This document shows positions 1 to 9,230 of a stretch of DNA of 64,000 bases, one piece after another (positions within the stretch are counted from its first letter, which is position 1; each line of letters starts with the position of its first letter). The notes under the pieces are model-generated. The model was not told the origin of the DNA and searched no databases. It saw nothing but the letters and a program-made list of their open reading frames with translations. The position numbers were made by a program, and so were the translations under genes. Origin of the DNA: an uncultured Chloroflexia bacterium. GTDB lineage: Bacteria > Chloroflexota > Anaerolineae > Anaerolineales > UBA4823. Location: assembly GCA_963797475.1 (NCBI GenBank), contig CAWCPR010000019.1:186987-250986 (forward strand), given 5' to 3'.

Positions 1-2
1 TC

Positions 3-1286
3 AATGATTATCGTTTTAACATCCCTTACCAGGACGTTCAGCTTGACGCCCGCCTGGCTGCGAATCGGATCGAAAATCGCCTGAGGACCGCCTGGGGAGA
101 TGGAACCTGCGACCGGCTCGAGATCCTGAAACCGGTGTTCTATCGCGGCAGCGGCGCGTATATCATTGGACGCATTTGCGAAAAAGCCGGGGAAACCCGG
201 ATCATCCCCATCCTATTCTCCTTGCTCAACTCACCCGCCGGGATTTTCACCGATGCCGTGCTTCTTGACGAGGACGATGTGAGCATCGTATTCAGCTTTA
301 CGCGTTCTTATTTCCACGTCGAAGCCGACAGACCCTACGATCTGGTCACCTTCTTGAAATCGATCATGCCGTTAAAGCGGACCGCCGAGCTGTATATTTC
401 GATCGGTTACAACAAGCACGGAAAGACAGCGCTTTATCGCGATTTAAAAGAGTACCTGGCCAACACAACCGACCAATTTGAGATCGCTCGCGGCGAAAAA
501 GGGATGGTCATGGCAGTGTTCACATTGCCATCCTATGACATGGTCTTTAAGATTATTAAAGACAAAGTCTTGCCGCCTAAAACCGCCACTCGCAAAGAAG
601 TGATGGCGCGTTACGACCTGGTGTTCAAACACGACCGCGCCGGGCGGCTGGTGGATGCCCAGGAATTCGAGCATTTGAGCTTTGAATGCCAGCGTTTCTC
701 TCCCGGCCTGCTGAAGGAGCTTTTAGAGACGGCCCCAAGCATGGTTTCAGTTGCCGAGGATCGCGTTTCGATCCGCCACCTTTACGCCGAGAGACGGATG
801 ACGCCTTTGAACCTGTACGTGTTGGAAGCCGAGGGGCAAGCCGCACGCGCGGCTGTCCTGGACTACGGCGCCGCGATCAAAGACCTGGCGGCGACGAACA
901 TCTTCCCCGGGGACGTCCTGTTGAAAAACTTCGGCGTCACACGCCATGGCAGGGTGGTTTTTTATGATTACGATGAATTGACCCTGCTGACGGATTGTAA
1001 ATTCCGCAAGATTCCCTCTGCCCGCACTTATGAAGACGAATTTAGCTCGGATCCCTGGTTCTACGTCGGCCCGATGGATATTTTTCCGGAAGAATTCCGC
1101 ACATTTTTGGGGCTGCAAGAACCGCTGCGCAGCGATTTTATTCACGAGCACGAAGACTTATTCGGGATCGCGTTTTGGAAGGACATGCAGGTAAGACATC
1201 AAGCCGGCGAGATCGTAGATATTTTTCCATACCCTTCAAGCAAAAGATTGGAGGCGGATGCGAAGAGCCACTCAACTGGCTCTTGA
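3..1286 (+). CDS. aceK: isocitrate dehydrogenase kinase/phosphatase AceK, C-terminal ~427 aa (5' end lies outside the window)
   Basis: The frame is open from the window edge ([12 protein letters not shown]... precedes the first ATG at 135). Long blocks match E. coli AceK as I recall it: TAELY..IG..[58 protein letters not shown] and FPEEFR. Confidence 0.9.
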   Translation, partial: [427 protein letters not shown]

Positions 1287-1321
1287 CCAAAGCTCATCTC
1301 CGTGTACAATTAAACGCGCCT

Positions 1322-1406
1322 GGGGCGGTGGCGGAATTAGGCAGACGCAGGGGACTTAAAATCCTCCGGTGGTGACACCTTGTGGGTTCGATTCCCACCC
1401 GCCCCA
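1322..1406 (+). tRNA. tRNA-Leu, anticodon UAA, type II with long variable arm; CCA not encoded
   Basis: Hand-folded. Acceptor GGGGCGG/CCGCCCC, D stem GCG/CGC, anticodon stem GGGGA/UCCUC with loop CUUAAAA. Variable arm GGUG-GUGA-CACC, T arm GUGGG-UUCGAUU-CCCAC, discriminator A. Confidence 0.85.
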
Positions 1407-1408
1407 CT
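1352..1408. repeat. direct repeat copy 1 (att-like): anticodon loop to 3' end of tRNA-Leu
   Basis: 56/57 nt identical to 7304..7360. The only mismatch is C vs T at 1405/7357. Confidence 0.85.
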
Positions 1409-1502
1409 ATCCACGCCATATACGGGGACACACTGAGCAGACCACTCGTACAAGTGGCGGTCATTAAACCGTAAATGGAGGATTCAGGATATCTGCTCAT
1501 AA

Positions 1503-1802
1503 TTCAAAACCAGGGGATTACTCAGAAGTTTTCGCTACATTGCAACCCAAGGGATTCCTACAGAAGACCTAGACTTGGGGTTACAAGTCGAGGCATTTTT
1601 ACGTGCCAAACGAGCGGGGAAAAGGTCTCTGGGTAAATTGCGCTTTTATGACATGAAACTGGCGGCGTTTTGGCCCAGGTGGGCGCTTTTCTAATCTTAA
1701 AATGGGCGATTTTTCTGGATTAAAACACAAGTAGACCCACATCAAGTGAGGGCGCATGATTTCCGGCGTCTGGAAGTGCACGACATTGAGGGCGTTGTCT
1801 GA
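1503..1802 (+). pseudogene. tyrosine recombinase/integrase N-terminal remnant (frameshifted, catalytic domain absent)
   Basis: Frame 1503-1694 reads ...LGLQVEAFLRAKRAGKRSLGKLRFYDMKLAAFW*, which resembles the SAM-like N-domain pattern of XerC/D-type integrases. A second frame at 1725-1802 continues VDPHQVRAHDFRRLEVHDIEGVV*. No R..HxxR..Y catalytic region follows. It lies directly 3' of the tRNA. Confidence 0.35.
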
Positions 1803-2098
1803 ATTGGAGGCGAACATTGAGCAGGAAAGGGACTATTACTCGCATTGAAAGGTTGCGCCGTCGCATGGAATGCATCAGAGTACCGGTGGCTTGGCGACCT
1901 CCGCAATTGATTGAGATTCTCACTGACGATGACCCTAACGCCAGTCTGTTGGAGGGGGCAGTTGAATATCACCCTGGCTCGCGTCTGCCTCAGGACATTC
2001 CCCCAATACGTTACATTCTGGCGGACTTGCGAAACCCGGGCGACTTGGAACACCTGAAAGAGGTGTAATGATAGGAATTCAGCGCGCGGCCTTCCAAT

Positions 2099-2668
2099 TT
2101 ATTTTGGACGTTTTATCTTTGCGTTTTCTTCGAGAAGCTTTCTTGCATCTTCAAGCATCCGTTTCACCTTGAGAGACGCTTCGAGGAATTTAGAACCATC
2201 ATCTGAAAGAAGATCATGCAAAGGTTTTCGCCAGTCTGCACCGGCTTCTGAGCGCTGGATAGTCTCCGTAAGGGCTTGATCGTATTGTGGCTTTATGTTC
2301 ACAAAGTAATTCTTACAATGCATTCTGCACTCTTTGGGTGGGAAAGCTTCAAATTTGCCTGCTTCCGATGTCGCTATGATTCGAAGAAGAACCTCATCCG
2401 TAATTGTCGTCATCCCTTCCCAGCTATTGTTTGGCAAAATACTCAAGGGCAATTCGTTTAATTTACTCGTTTCTACTGCCTGTAAGGCCCTTGTCATGAT
2501 GTCTACTCCGGTATTAATTTCCTCCAGAAGAGTATCAATAATTGCAACACCTAGCCTGCTGTAATTCCTGCGTTTTTTATATTCTCCCAACGTGTCTTGC
2601 AACCAATAGGTAGCAACTGCGATAAGAATTGGCAGAACGACCGTATAGAAAAGATTTACAATCCACAT
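2099..2668 (-). CDS. hypothetical protein with single N-terminal TM helix (island cargo)
   Basis: ATG at 2668 is preceded by GGAGG (ttGGAGGggaatcctATG). The track's TTG start at 2683 overlaps that SD. N-terminus is hydrophobic (WIVNLFYTVVLPILIAVATYW). The gene sits in AT-rich sequence. Confidence 0.5.
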   Translation of the reverse strand: MWIVNLFYTVVLPILIAVATYWLQDTLGEYKKRRNYSRLGVAIIDTLLEEINTGVDIMTRALQAVETSKLNELPLSILPNNSWEGMTTITDEVLLRIIATSEAGKFEAFPPKECRMHCKNYFVNIKPQYDQALTETIQRSEAGADWRKPLHDLLSDDGSKFLEASLKVKRMLEDARKLLEENAKIKRPK

Positions 2669-2998
2669 AGGATTCCCCTCCAACTTATGAGATTTTTTGA
2701 GAAATAAATCTTCTGGTTTATGTGACTACTAAGGGCAGCGATTTTGCCAAAAATTTGTATCCGCCATAAAGCCTGTGATGACCTTCTTTACGGTTAGACC
2801 TATCATCAAGCCAATTGATTTTCCCTCATTCATTTCGCAATAGGCGACCCTGACAGGGAGGCAAAATTACAGGCGTTGCACGACGCGGGTTACATGCCAT
2901 TTTTGTAAATATCCCCGCGATTTGTCTGAACTTGAAGACTTGATGGGCGAGCCGGGATTCTAAGGAATAATGGGGATTTTGAGGTCGCTGTCCAAGTC

Positions 2999-4105
2999 TC
3001 ATTGATAAAACACTAGTAGGTTGTCGAAATACTGAATAGCTTCTGTTACTACGTCAGGGTTATTTGTCCAGATTCCAGCATTAAACTCTAAATCCATCTG
3101 GGTGAAATCCAAGTCCGCCGAAGACACCAAGACTTCCTTCTCGTCAATTGCTACTAGTCTCGAATGGAGTGCTTCTTTCTCGACTGGCATCTTGATACCC
3201 GCTTCCTGCATTCGCTGAAACGCTCGTCCTGCAAGCTTCTTTCGGTCACCCTCCGCACCCACCGGACCTCTTGAGAGAACAATAATTTCTATATCAGGAC
3301 AGCGTCGTTTAAGAGCTATTAATTCATCAACGAACATGTCCATTTGTCGAGTTGAAATTCTGATAATATGTTCTGCTCTTTTGAGCATATCTCCGATAGT
3401 TTCTTTGATGCTTGTAATTTTCCTCTCGTACCTACTACGATGAAAATCGGGTGAAGTATGAACAAAGGAAACTTCTGGAGCCTCGAATTTTCTTGCTTCC
3501 AACTCTGCACGTAAACTCTGATTCAACGCTTTTAGTCTTTGGATAGTCTGTTGCTGATTTCGCAAGGCTTGCTCTACTGGTGAAAGAATGGTCTGTATCT
3601 CGTCCTGAACTTCTGGTACTGCGAACGCCTCCAAATCTTCAATATGCTCTTCTCCTATACTCGACGGGCTCGACGACTCCCATTCTGGTTCCCCTTCTGG
3701 AAAGAGCGAATGATAATCCTCCGGATAGCGTTCGCGGTATTCTTGGAGATAAACCTGGAGCAGAGGCTCATAGTTTGGTAAGTTGATCCAACTCTCTCCC
3801 TGTCCTTGATACTCAATAAGTGGAGGGAGAGTTAAGTTTCGAGACTGTTGTATTCTTCCGAGAGAGGCAAGCAAGTTTGATGTACCTTTAGGAATGAATG
3901 GAGGATGCAATCCACTACTTTCAATACGTTCTTTCAAAACAATTGTCCGGGCAAAATAATTTTCTTTTCTCCCGCCTTTCTCCCAATCTTCTAGGATGAG
4001 AACAGGTATTGCTTTTAAATAATACGACTTTTCTCCCCCTTTCTCGCCGATAGCCAAAAGATCTCCAATTTCCCATTCGTGTGGTGGTTTTTCTCTCTTT
4101 GGCAT
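2999..4105 (-). CDS. hypothetical protein with C-terminal divergent PLD-like (HKD-type) domain
   Basis: 368-aa ORF. The C-terminal motif LHSRLVAIDEKEVLVSSADL keeps the HxK-x4-D-x6-GSxN spacing but reads HxR-x4-D-x6-SSxD. The central region looks coiled-coil (QQTIQRLKALNQSLRAELEARK). The N-terminal ~170 aa is unrecognised. Confidence 0.55.
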   Translation of the reverse strand: MPKREKPPHEWEIGDLLAIGEKGGEKSYYLKAIPVLILEDWEKGGRKENYFARTIVLKERIESSGLHPPFIPKGTSNLLASLGRIQQSRNLTLPPLIEYQGQGESWINLPNYEPLLQVYLQEYRERYPEDYHSLFPEGEPEWESSSPSSIGEEHIEDLEAFAVPEVQDEIQTILSPVEQALRNQQQTIQRLKALNQSLRAELEARKFEAPEVSFVHTSPDFHRSRYERKITSIKETIGDMLKRAEHIIRISTRQMDMFVDELIALKRRCPDIEIIVLSRGPVGAEGDRKKLAGRAFQRMQEAGIKMPVEKEALHSRLVAIDEKEVLVSSADLDFTQMDLEFNAGIWTNNPDVVTEAIQYFDNLLVFYQ

Positions 4106-4234
4106 CCTACATTACTCCGTTCATAAATAAATAGCTTAATGATCAATATGTTCCTTATACTGCTCTCCCTTGACGTGTATATACCCAACCATTATACTAT
4201 CCCTGTACATACACAAAAGTCAGGGGATTCGTAA

Positions 4235-4471
<237 letters not shown>

Positions 4472-4793
4472 TGAGTCCAGAAGCCCGATTGACAGGTGCG
4501 GTTCTCATTTCGGGCCGAACCGCTTCTTGCGGGCAATTATCTTCCCTGCGGCCACCCTATCAAGGGTGCTGCGCATCCCTACGGGACGGCGCCGCCAAAG
4601 AACGGCGGCGCCGCCCTTGACAGGGGCCCGGCCTACGGGAAGAAGCTCCGCAATATAAAGCGGTTCGGCGCAGAGTGTTCGCACCGACAGCTGAGGCATC
4701 CATGATAAACTCTCGCACAACCATTCGGACACCCATGCTCTGAATTCGAGTATCCTCCTGATCCTATCTTATGGGTAGATTTCAGGAGGTCGT

Positions 4794-6350
4794 ATGAGCG
4801 AGAGGATTCTGAACCTAATGGACATTCGAGAATTGTTGTTACACATTCGGGCTCATTCCAGTTATCGGCAAATTCAGCGGGATACCGGCTTTGACCGGCG
4901 AACGGTGAAACGCTACCGGCTATGGGCCCAAAAACAAGGGCTGCTGGAAGGGGATTTGCCTTCCCTGGAAGAACTGCAAGCGCTGTTCGAGCACTCTTTT
5001 CAGGAGAAGGCGCCTCCCCAGAACCAATCATCGGTGGAGAACTTCCGCAGCCAGGTCGATCAGTGGGCCAGGCAAGGCGTGGAGATCGCCGCCATACGCC
5101 AGCGTCTCATCGAACGGGGCTATACCGGCAGCTACGCGGCAGTCTGGCGCTTCGTACGCACGCTCAAACCAGGCCGAGAGACGGAGACCACCACCCGGCT
5201 GGAGACCAAACCCGGCGAAGAAGCCCAGGTGGACTTTGGATACGCCGGACGGATGATCGACCCGGAAAGCGGGGAATTGCGCAAAGCCTGGGCGTTCGTC
5301 ATGGTTTTGTCCTGGAGCCGCCACCAATACGTGGAGTTCGTCTGGGATCAGAAAATCGAGACCTGGCTGCGCTGTCACCGCAACGCCTTCGAGTTCTTCG
5401 CTCGGGTTCCCCAGCGGGTGCGGATTGACAATCTGCGCACGGCGATCCTGAAAGCGGTCTTCGACGAACCCCAGGTACAGTATACCTACCGAGAATGCGC
5501 CGAACACTATGGCTTCCTGATCGCTCCCTGCCGGGTGGCTACCCCTGAACACAAAGGCAAAGTCGAACAGGGCGGGGTGCACTACGTTTGCCGCAACTTC
5601 CTGGGCGGACACGAGCCAACCCCGATCACGAAAGCCAACCAGGATGTGCTGGTCTGGTGCAACACCACCGCCGGGCTGCGCATTCACGGCACGACCAAGG
5701 AGAAACCCCTGGAACGTTTCGAGCAGGTCGAGAAGGCCTGTCTCAAGCCGCTGCCGGAAAGCCCCTATGACCTGGCGGTGTGGAAGCACGTCAAGGTGTA
5801 TCGGGATTGCTACGTGGTCTTCGGCAACGCCTTCTACTCGGTGCCCCGGCGGTTGTACCCGGGCCAGCTGTGGATCTGCGGCGGGAGCAAACAGGTGCGC
5901 ATCTTCGATGAGAAACAAAAGTTGGTCGCCACCCACGAACGGGCTGCACATCCCGGTCAGCGCCTGACCAACCTGGCACACCTGCCGCCCGAAAAAGTGC
6001 CGGGACTGACCCAGGACTCTGACAGCCTGCTGGCCGACGCACAAGCCGTCGGCCCGGCAGCTGTGGAGATCGTGCAAGCCCTATTGAACGATCCGCTGCT
6101 CTACCGCCTCCCCACCGCAGGCCGCCTGGTGCGCCTGGCCAACCGCTTCACTGCAGAGCGCCTGGAAGCTGCCTGCCAACGGGCGCTCGCCTTCGGCGAT
6201 CCCAGCTACAAGACGGTCAAGCGTATTCTGGCACAGGGATTAGACGCAGAAGAAGCGGCCGTGCCGGTGGCTCTGCCCATCGCCACCACCTTTGCCCGCC
6301 GGACCGATGAGCTGGTCGGGGCGTTGGCGGAGGTGATCCCATGGAACTGA
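4794..6350 (+). CDS. istA: IS21-family transposase IstA
   Basis: 518 aa with an N-terminal HTH-like region (IRELLLHIRAHSSYRQIQRDTGFDRRTVKRYR). Size and the istA-istB overlap (ATGGAACTGA) are typical of IS21. Confidence 0.9.
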   Translation: MSERILNLMDIRELLLHIRAHSSYRQIQRDTGFDRRTVKRYRLWAQKQGLLEGDLPSLEELQALFEHSFQEKAPPQNQSSVENFRSQVDQWARQGVEIAAIRQRLIERGYTGSYAAVWRFVRTLKPGRETETTTRLETKPGEEAQVDFGYAGRMIDPESGELRKAWAFVMVLSWSRHQYVEFVWDQKIETWLRCHRNAFEFFARVPQRVRIDNLRTAILKAVFDEPQVQYTYRECAEHYGFLIAPCRVATPEHKGKVEQGGVHYVCRNFLGGHEPTPITKANQDVLVWCNTTAGLRIHGTTKEKPLERFEQVEKACLKPLPESPYDLAVWKHVKVYRDCYVVFGNAFYSVPRRLYPGQLWICGGSKQVRIFDEKQKLVATHERAAHPGQRLTNLAHLPPEKVPGLTQDSDSLLADAQAVGPAAVEIVQALLNDPLLYRLPTAGRLVRLANRFTAERLEAACQRALAFGDPSYKTVKRILAQGLDAEEAAVPVALPIATTFARRTDELVGALAEVIPWN

Positions 6351-7102
6351 AACACCAACTCGCCGAACAACTGCGCCACCTGCGTCTTTCGGGCGTCTTG
6401 GAAACTCTGGAAGCCCGCAACCGCCAGGCCATTGACGACAAATGGAGCTACCAGGAATTCCTGTCCCGCATTCTGGAAGACGAAGTCGAACGCCGCTCCC
6501 AGAAGCAGCTCAGCCTGCGACTGCGCCGCGGAGCGCTCAACTCGACCAAAACCCTGGAAGGCTTCGATTTCGACTTCAACCCGAACCTGAACCGCCAGCA
6601 GATCCTGGAGCTGGCTACCTGTGAATTCGTGCGCCAGAAACGGAATTTATTGATCTGCGGTCCAACTGGAGTTGGAAAATCGCACCTGGGTCAAGCCCTT
6701 GGCCAGGAATCGGCCCGGCAAGGTTTCGATGTGCTCTTCACCAGTGTGCAGAAAATGCTCCAGCACCTGAACGGCGGCCGCGCCGATAGCTCCTGGGAAC
6801 GCCGCATGGCAAACTACTTGCGGCCTGACCTCTTGATCTTGGATGACTTCGGCTTGAAGTCCATCCAGCCGCCTGGACCGGAAGACTTGTATGATGTTAT
6901 TAATGAGCGGTACGAGCATGGCAGCATTTTGTTGACCTCGAACCGCGCCCCCAACGAATGGGCGGACCTATTCCAAAACCCTCTCTTGGCTTCGGCCGGC
7001 CTGGATAAACTCCTGGATCGGGCGGAAGTGGTGATTATCCGTGGGCCTAGCTACCGCTCGAAGGGGCGCAGGAACCTGTTGGAGGAGGTGCAAATGAGCT
7101 GA
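6341..7102 (+). CDS. istB: IS21-family helper ATPase IstB
   Basis: 253 aa. Walker A is GPTGVGKSHL and Walker B is LLILDDFG. It overlaps the istA stop. Confidence 0.9.
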   Translation: MELKHQLAEQLRHLRLSGVLETLEARNRQAIDDKWSYQEFLSRILEDEVERRSQKQLSLRLRRGALNSTKTLEGFDFDFNPNLNRQQILELATCEFVRQKRNLLICGPTGVGKSHLGQALGQESARQGFDVLFTSVQKMLQHLNGGRADSSWERRMANYLRPDLLILDDFGLKSIQPPGPEDLYDVINERYEHGSILLTSNRAPNEWADLFQNPLLASAGLDKLLDRAEVVIIRGPSYRSKGRRNLLEEVQMS

Positions 7103-7163
7103 CTGAATCCTTTAACATTCGTCCAAAAACTTGTACTTTTCCAATCTGCATCCACTCAAAAGG

Positions 7164-7219
7164 TGGTACATCGTTGCCGCGAATCACTGGATCATGGTCG
7201 CCGCGAATCACTGGTACAT
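7164..7219. repeat. three 24-bp phased repeats TGGTACAT/TGGATCAT (IS21 right-end subterminal repeats, inverse orientation)
   Basis: Copies start at 7164, 7188 and 7212. The last copy ends 19 nt from the right terminus, mirroring the left end. Confidence 0.8.
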
Positions 7220-7303
7220 TCACGGGCGAGGATTGACAGTGTGGTTCTCAAATAAGGCGTAAAACCCCAAATATGGGGTAGTGGCAAAATCAGCGTACAC
7301 GGC

Positions 7304-7360
7304 GGACTTAAAATCCTCCGGTGGTGACACCTTGTGGGTTCGATTCCCACCCGCCCTACT
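7304..7360. repeat. direct repeat copy 2 (att-like): displaced 3' half of tRNA-Leu, not a functional tRNA
   Basis: 56/57 nt identical to 1352..1408. The upstream sequence cannot form a matching acceptor or D arm. Confidence 0.85.
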
Positions 7361-7423
7361 GGTACGTTTTTAGGCAGTTTGCGCTATCTAGCGTTGAATG
7401 TTAATGAATCGTCCTCCGTCCTG

Positions 7424-7987
7424 TTATTTATATGTATTCTTATATTCTTCAATCAACAAAACTTGGTGATAATCGGTTAATTTTCTAATTTCTTCGAGGT
7501 GTCTGCTAACTACATTTAGCTTTTCAACTAAGCTAGGGGGTTCAGAAAGTGGTTCTAAATCCAATCGCTGGTGAGTATCTGAGTAAAGTGTTAGATAAAT
7601 GTACAAATCATCAATCTTTTCTATTAGCAGGAAGCCGGGTTGAAACAATGTCGACGGTAGCAAGACCTTTAATCGGGCTGGGATTGTTCGGTTAATCATG
7701 CTCAAATCGCGCAAGAGATTCGGCCATTGTTTTCGTAACTCCCCCGCCGTCACCCTCCCGTTGATGAAAGCACTTGAAAGCGATTTGATTCGAGATAGAG
7801 CAAAGTCAATAGGCTCAATCCATTTAAGCGCTAATTCAAGCGCTTCGCGATATCGATCCTGTTGTTTGTCAATTTTCTGCTGCTTCCATTTCTGATTTTC
7901 TATTGACCGCGTAGTTAAGTAAGTAATCAGCCCGCCCGTGATTACACTAACAAGGACTATGAGTACTTGAACAACGTCGTTTGTCAT
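7424..7987 (-). CDS. hypothetical protein with single N-terminal TM helix
   Basis: 187-aa ORF in AT-rich sequence with N-terminal VQVLIVLVSVITGGLITYL. No recognisable domain. Confidence 0.45.
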   Translation of the reverse strand: MTNDVVQVLIVLVSVITGGLITYLTTRSIENQKWKQQKIDKQQDRYREALELALKWIEPIDFALSRIKSLSSAFINGRVTAGELRKQWPNLLRDLSMINRTIPARLKVLLPSTLFQPGFLLIEKIDDLYIYLTLYSDTHQRLDLEPLSEPPSLVEKLNVVSRHLEEIRKLTDYHQVLLIEEYKNTYK

Positions 7988-8101
7988 ATAAACTCAATAT
8001 CCTAGAGAAAAGAAGGCAACCGAGATTTCAGCCGTTTGTTAATAAAGCCTAGTTATTTGCAGATCAGAGCATTGGCTTTTCTCATTTTGCATAAGTTCTA
8101 G

Positions 8102-9043
8102 TTATTTCAATGTACCACCACATGTTACTACACCATAGGCTTCAGAAGATGTCTGCTTATCTATCAATTTTCCTTCCCAGACAATACCGCAGGTGACTGA
8201 TCCAGAAGCGTGATAATTTTTAGCGGAAACATACAAGGAGTCTCTGGAACTGGTAGTGAAGGAAATTTCCCATGGAACGGATTCAATACTTATTTCCTCT
8301 GTTTCGCCTTTGGAATTGAAAAACGTTAGGGAAACTGCATTGGTTGATCCTGTAATCCAGTAAGTAGCCTGGTTATGTAATGGATCAATGGTGACATTTG
8401 GGCCGGTAGTGGCAGTTGGGATAATATGGATATCGGTATCGAAAGTTATGTTTCCAAGTTCGGTTGTAAATTGATCCAGCAAACCCATTGATTTAGTCAT
8501 TATTGAGTTTACCTTTGCGTCACTCTCTTGGGACATAAATGCTAAATAGCCTTCAATAACCTTGTCCATGTACCTTATCAGATTAAATTGAACTAAACTT
8601 GCACATTGAGGATTGTCTAAGTTGTTGGCTTCGCGCCGAACGTTTTGAAGATTGGTTATCGCTTGTCCTAAAGAAATTCTTGCAGAACTTGAAGCCACTT
8701 GATTAGCATCGTCCCATTTACTGAGAATTTCCCGAATATTATTCCGATATTCTAGCGATTGCGCGCTACATGCGAGTTGTGTAGGGACAGGCGTTGAGGT
8801 TGGGGTCGGTAGGATCATAACTGAAAGATTTCCAAGCCTGCCGCTCAAAAGCATAAAAGCCAATCCAGCAACCACAATTACCAAAAGAACGCCAATGATA
8901 ATAGGCAATGGTCTGCTTTTTCTTGACTTATCCTTGGTTGGATTTGGAACTACATCCTCATTGCCCGGAAGCGGACGCCCGCAATACCGACAAACAATCG
9001 CCGCATCTTGGATTTCCTCAGCACAATACGGACACGCTTTCAT
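8102..9043 (-). CDS. zinc-ribbon membrane protein (N-terminal CPYC..CRYC, one TM, extracytoplasmic domain)
   Basis: [25 protein letters not shown] gives CxxC-x12-CxxC, followed by [23 protein letters not shown]. An SD (gaGGAAg) precedes the ATG. Confidence 0.6.
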   Translation of the reverse strand: MKACPYCAEEIQDAAIVCRYCGRPLPGNEDVVPNPTKDKSRKSRPLPIIIGVLLVIVVAGLAFMLLSGRLGNLSVMILPTPTSTPVPTQLACSAQSLEYRNNIREILSKWDDANQVASSSARISLGQAITNLQNVRREANNLDNPQCASLVQFNLIRYMDKVIEGYLAFMSQESDAKVNSIMTKSMGLLDQFTTELGNITFDTDIHIIPTATTGPNVTIDPLHNQATYWITGSTNAVSLTFFNSKGETEEISIESVPWEISFTTSSRDSLYVSAKNYHASGSVTCGIVWEGKLIDKQTSSEAYGVVTCGGTLK

Positions 9044-9230
9044 GGCACACTTCCTCTCTGGTTAATTCGCTGGATTCCAAATCCAATATAGCAAATCAAA
9101 AACTCCAAGTCAATAAAATTCACTTGCATCAAATTGTCAACCGGCGAGGTCTGTAAGAAATCGTGACCTTACTCGCCCAACTTGGCTGGGTGTGCTCTTG
9201 TGGTCTTACCTGCTGGTAGTGCTGGGCTAT

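Noticed and set aside
1817-2068. 83-aa ORF (TTG start) between the integrase remnant and the first island gene.
   Set aside because: It has no recognisable motif, a weak start context, and may be leftover sequence of the decayed island. The support is insufficient to annotate it.
5028-6077. 349-aa antisense ORF inside istA, and similar long antisense ORFs at 16088-16888, 11689-12216, 12143-12664, 13942-14460, 25331-25774, 29829-30380, 36388-36924 and 51283-51753.
   Set aside because: Each lies opposite a gene with clear homology. Their compositions are low-complexity, Arg/Pro/Gly-rich and typical of GC-rich antisense frames. None has a ribosome-binding site.
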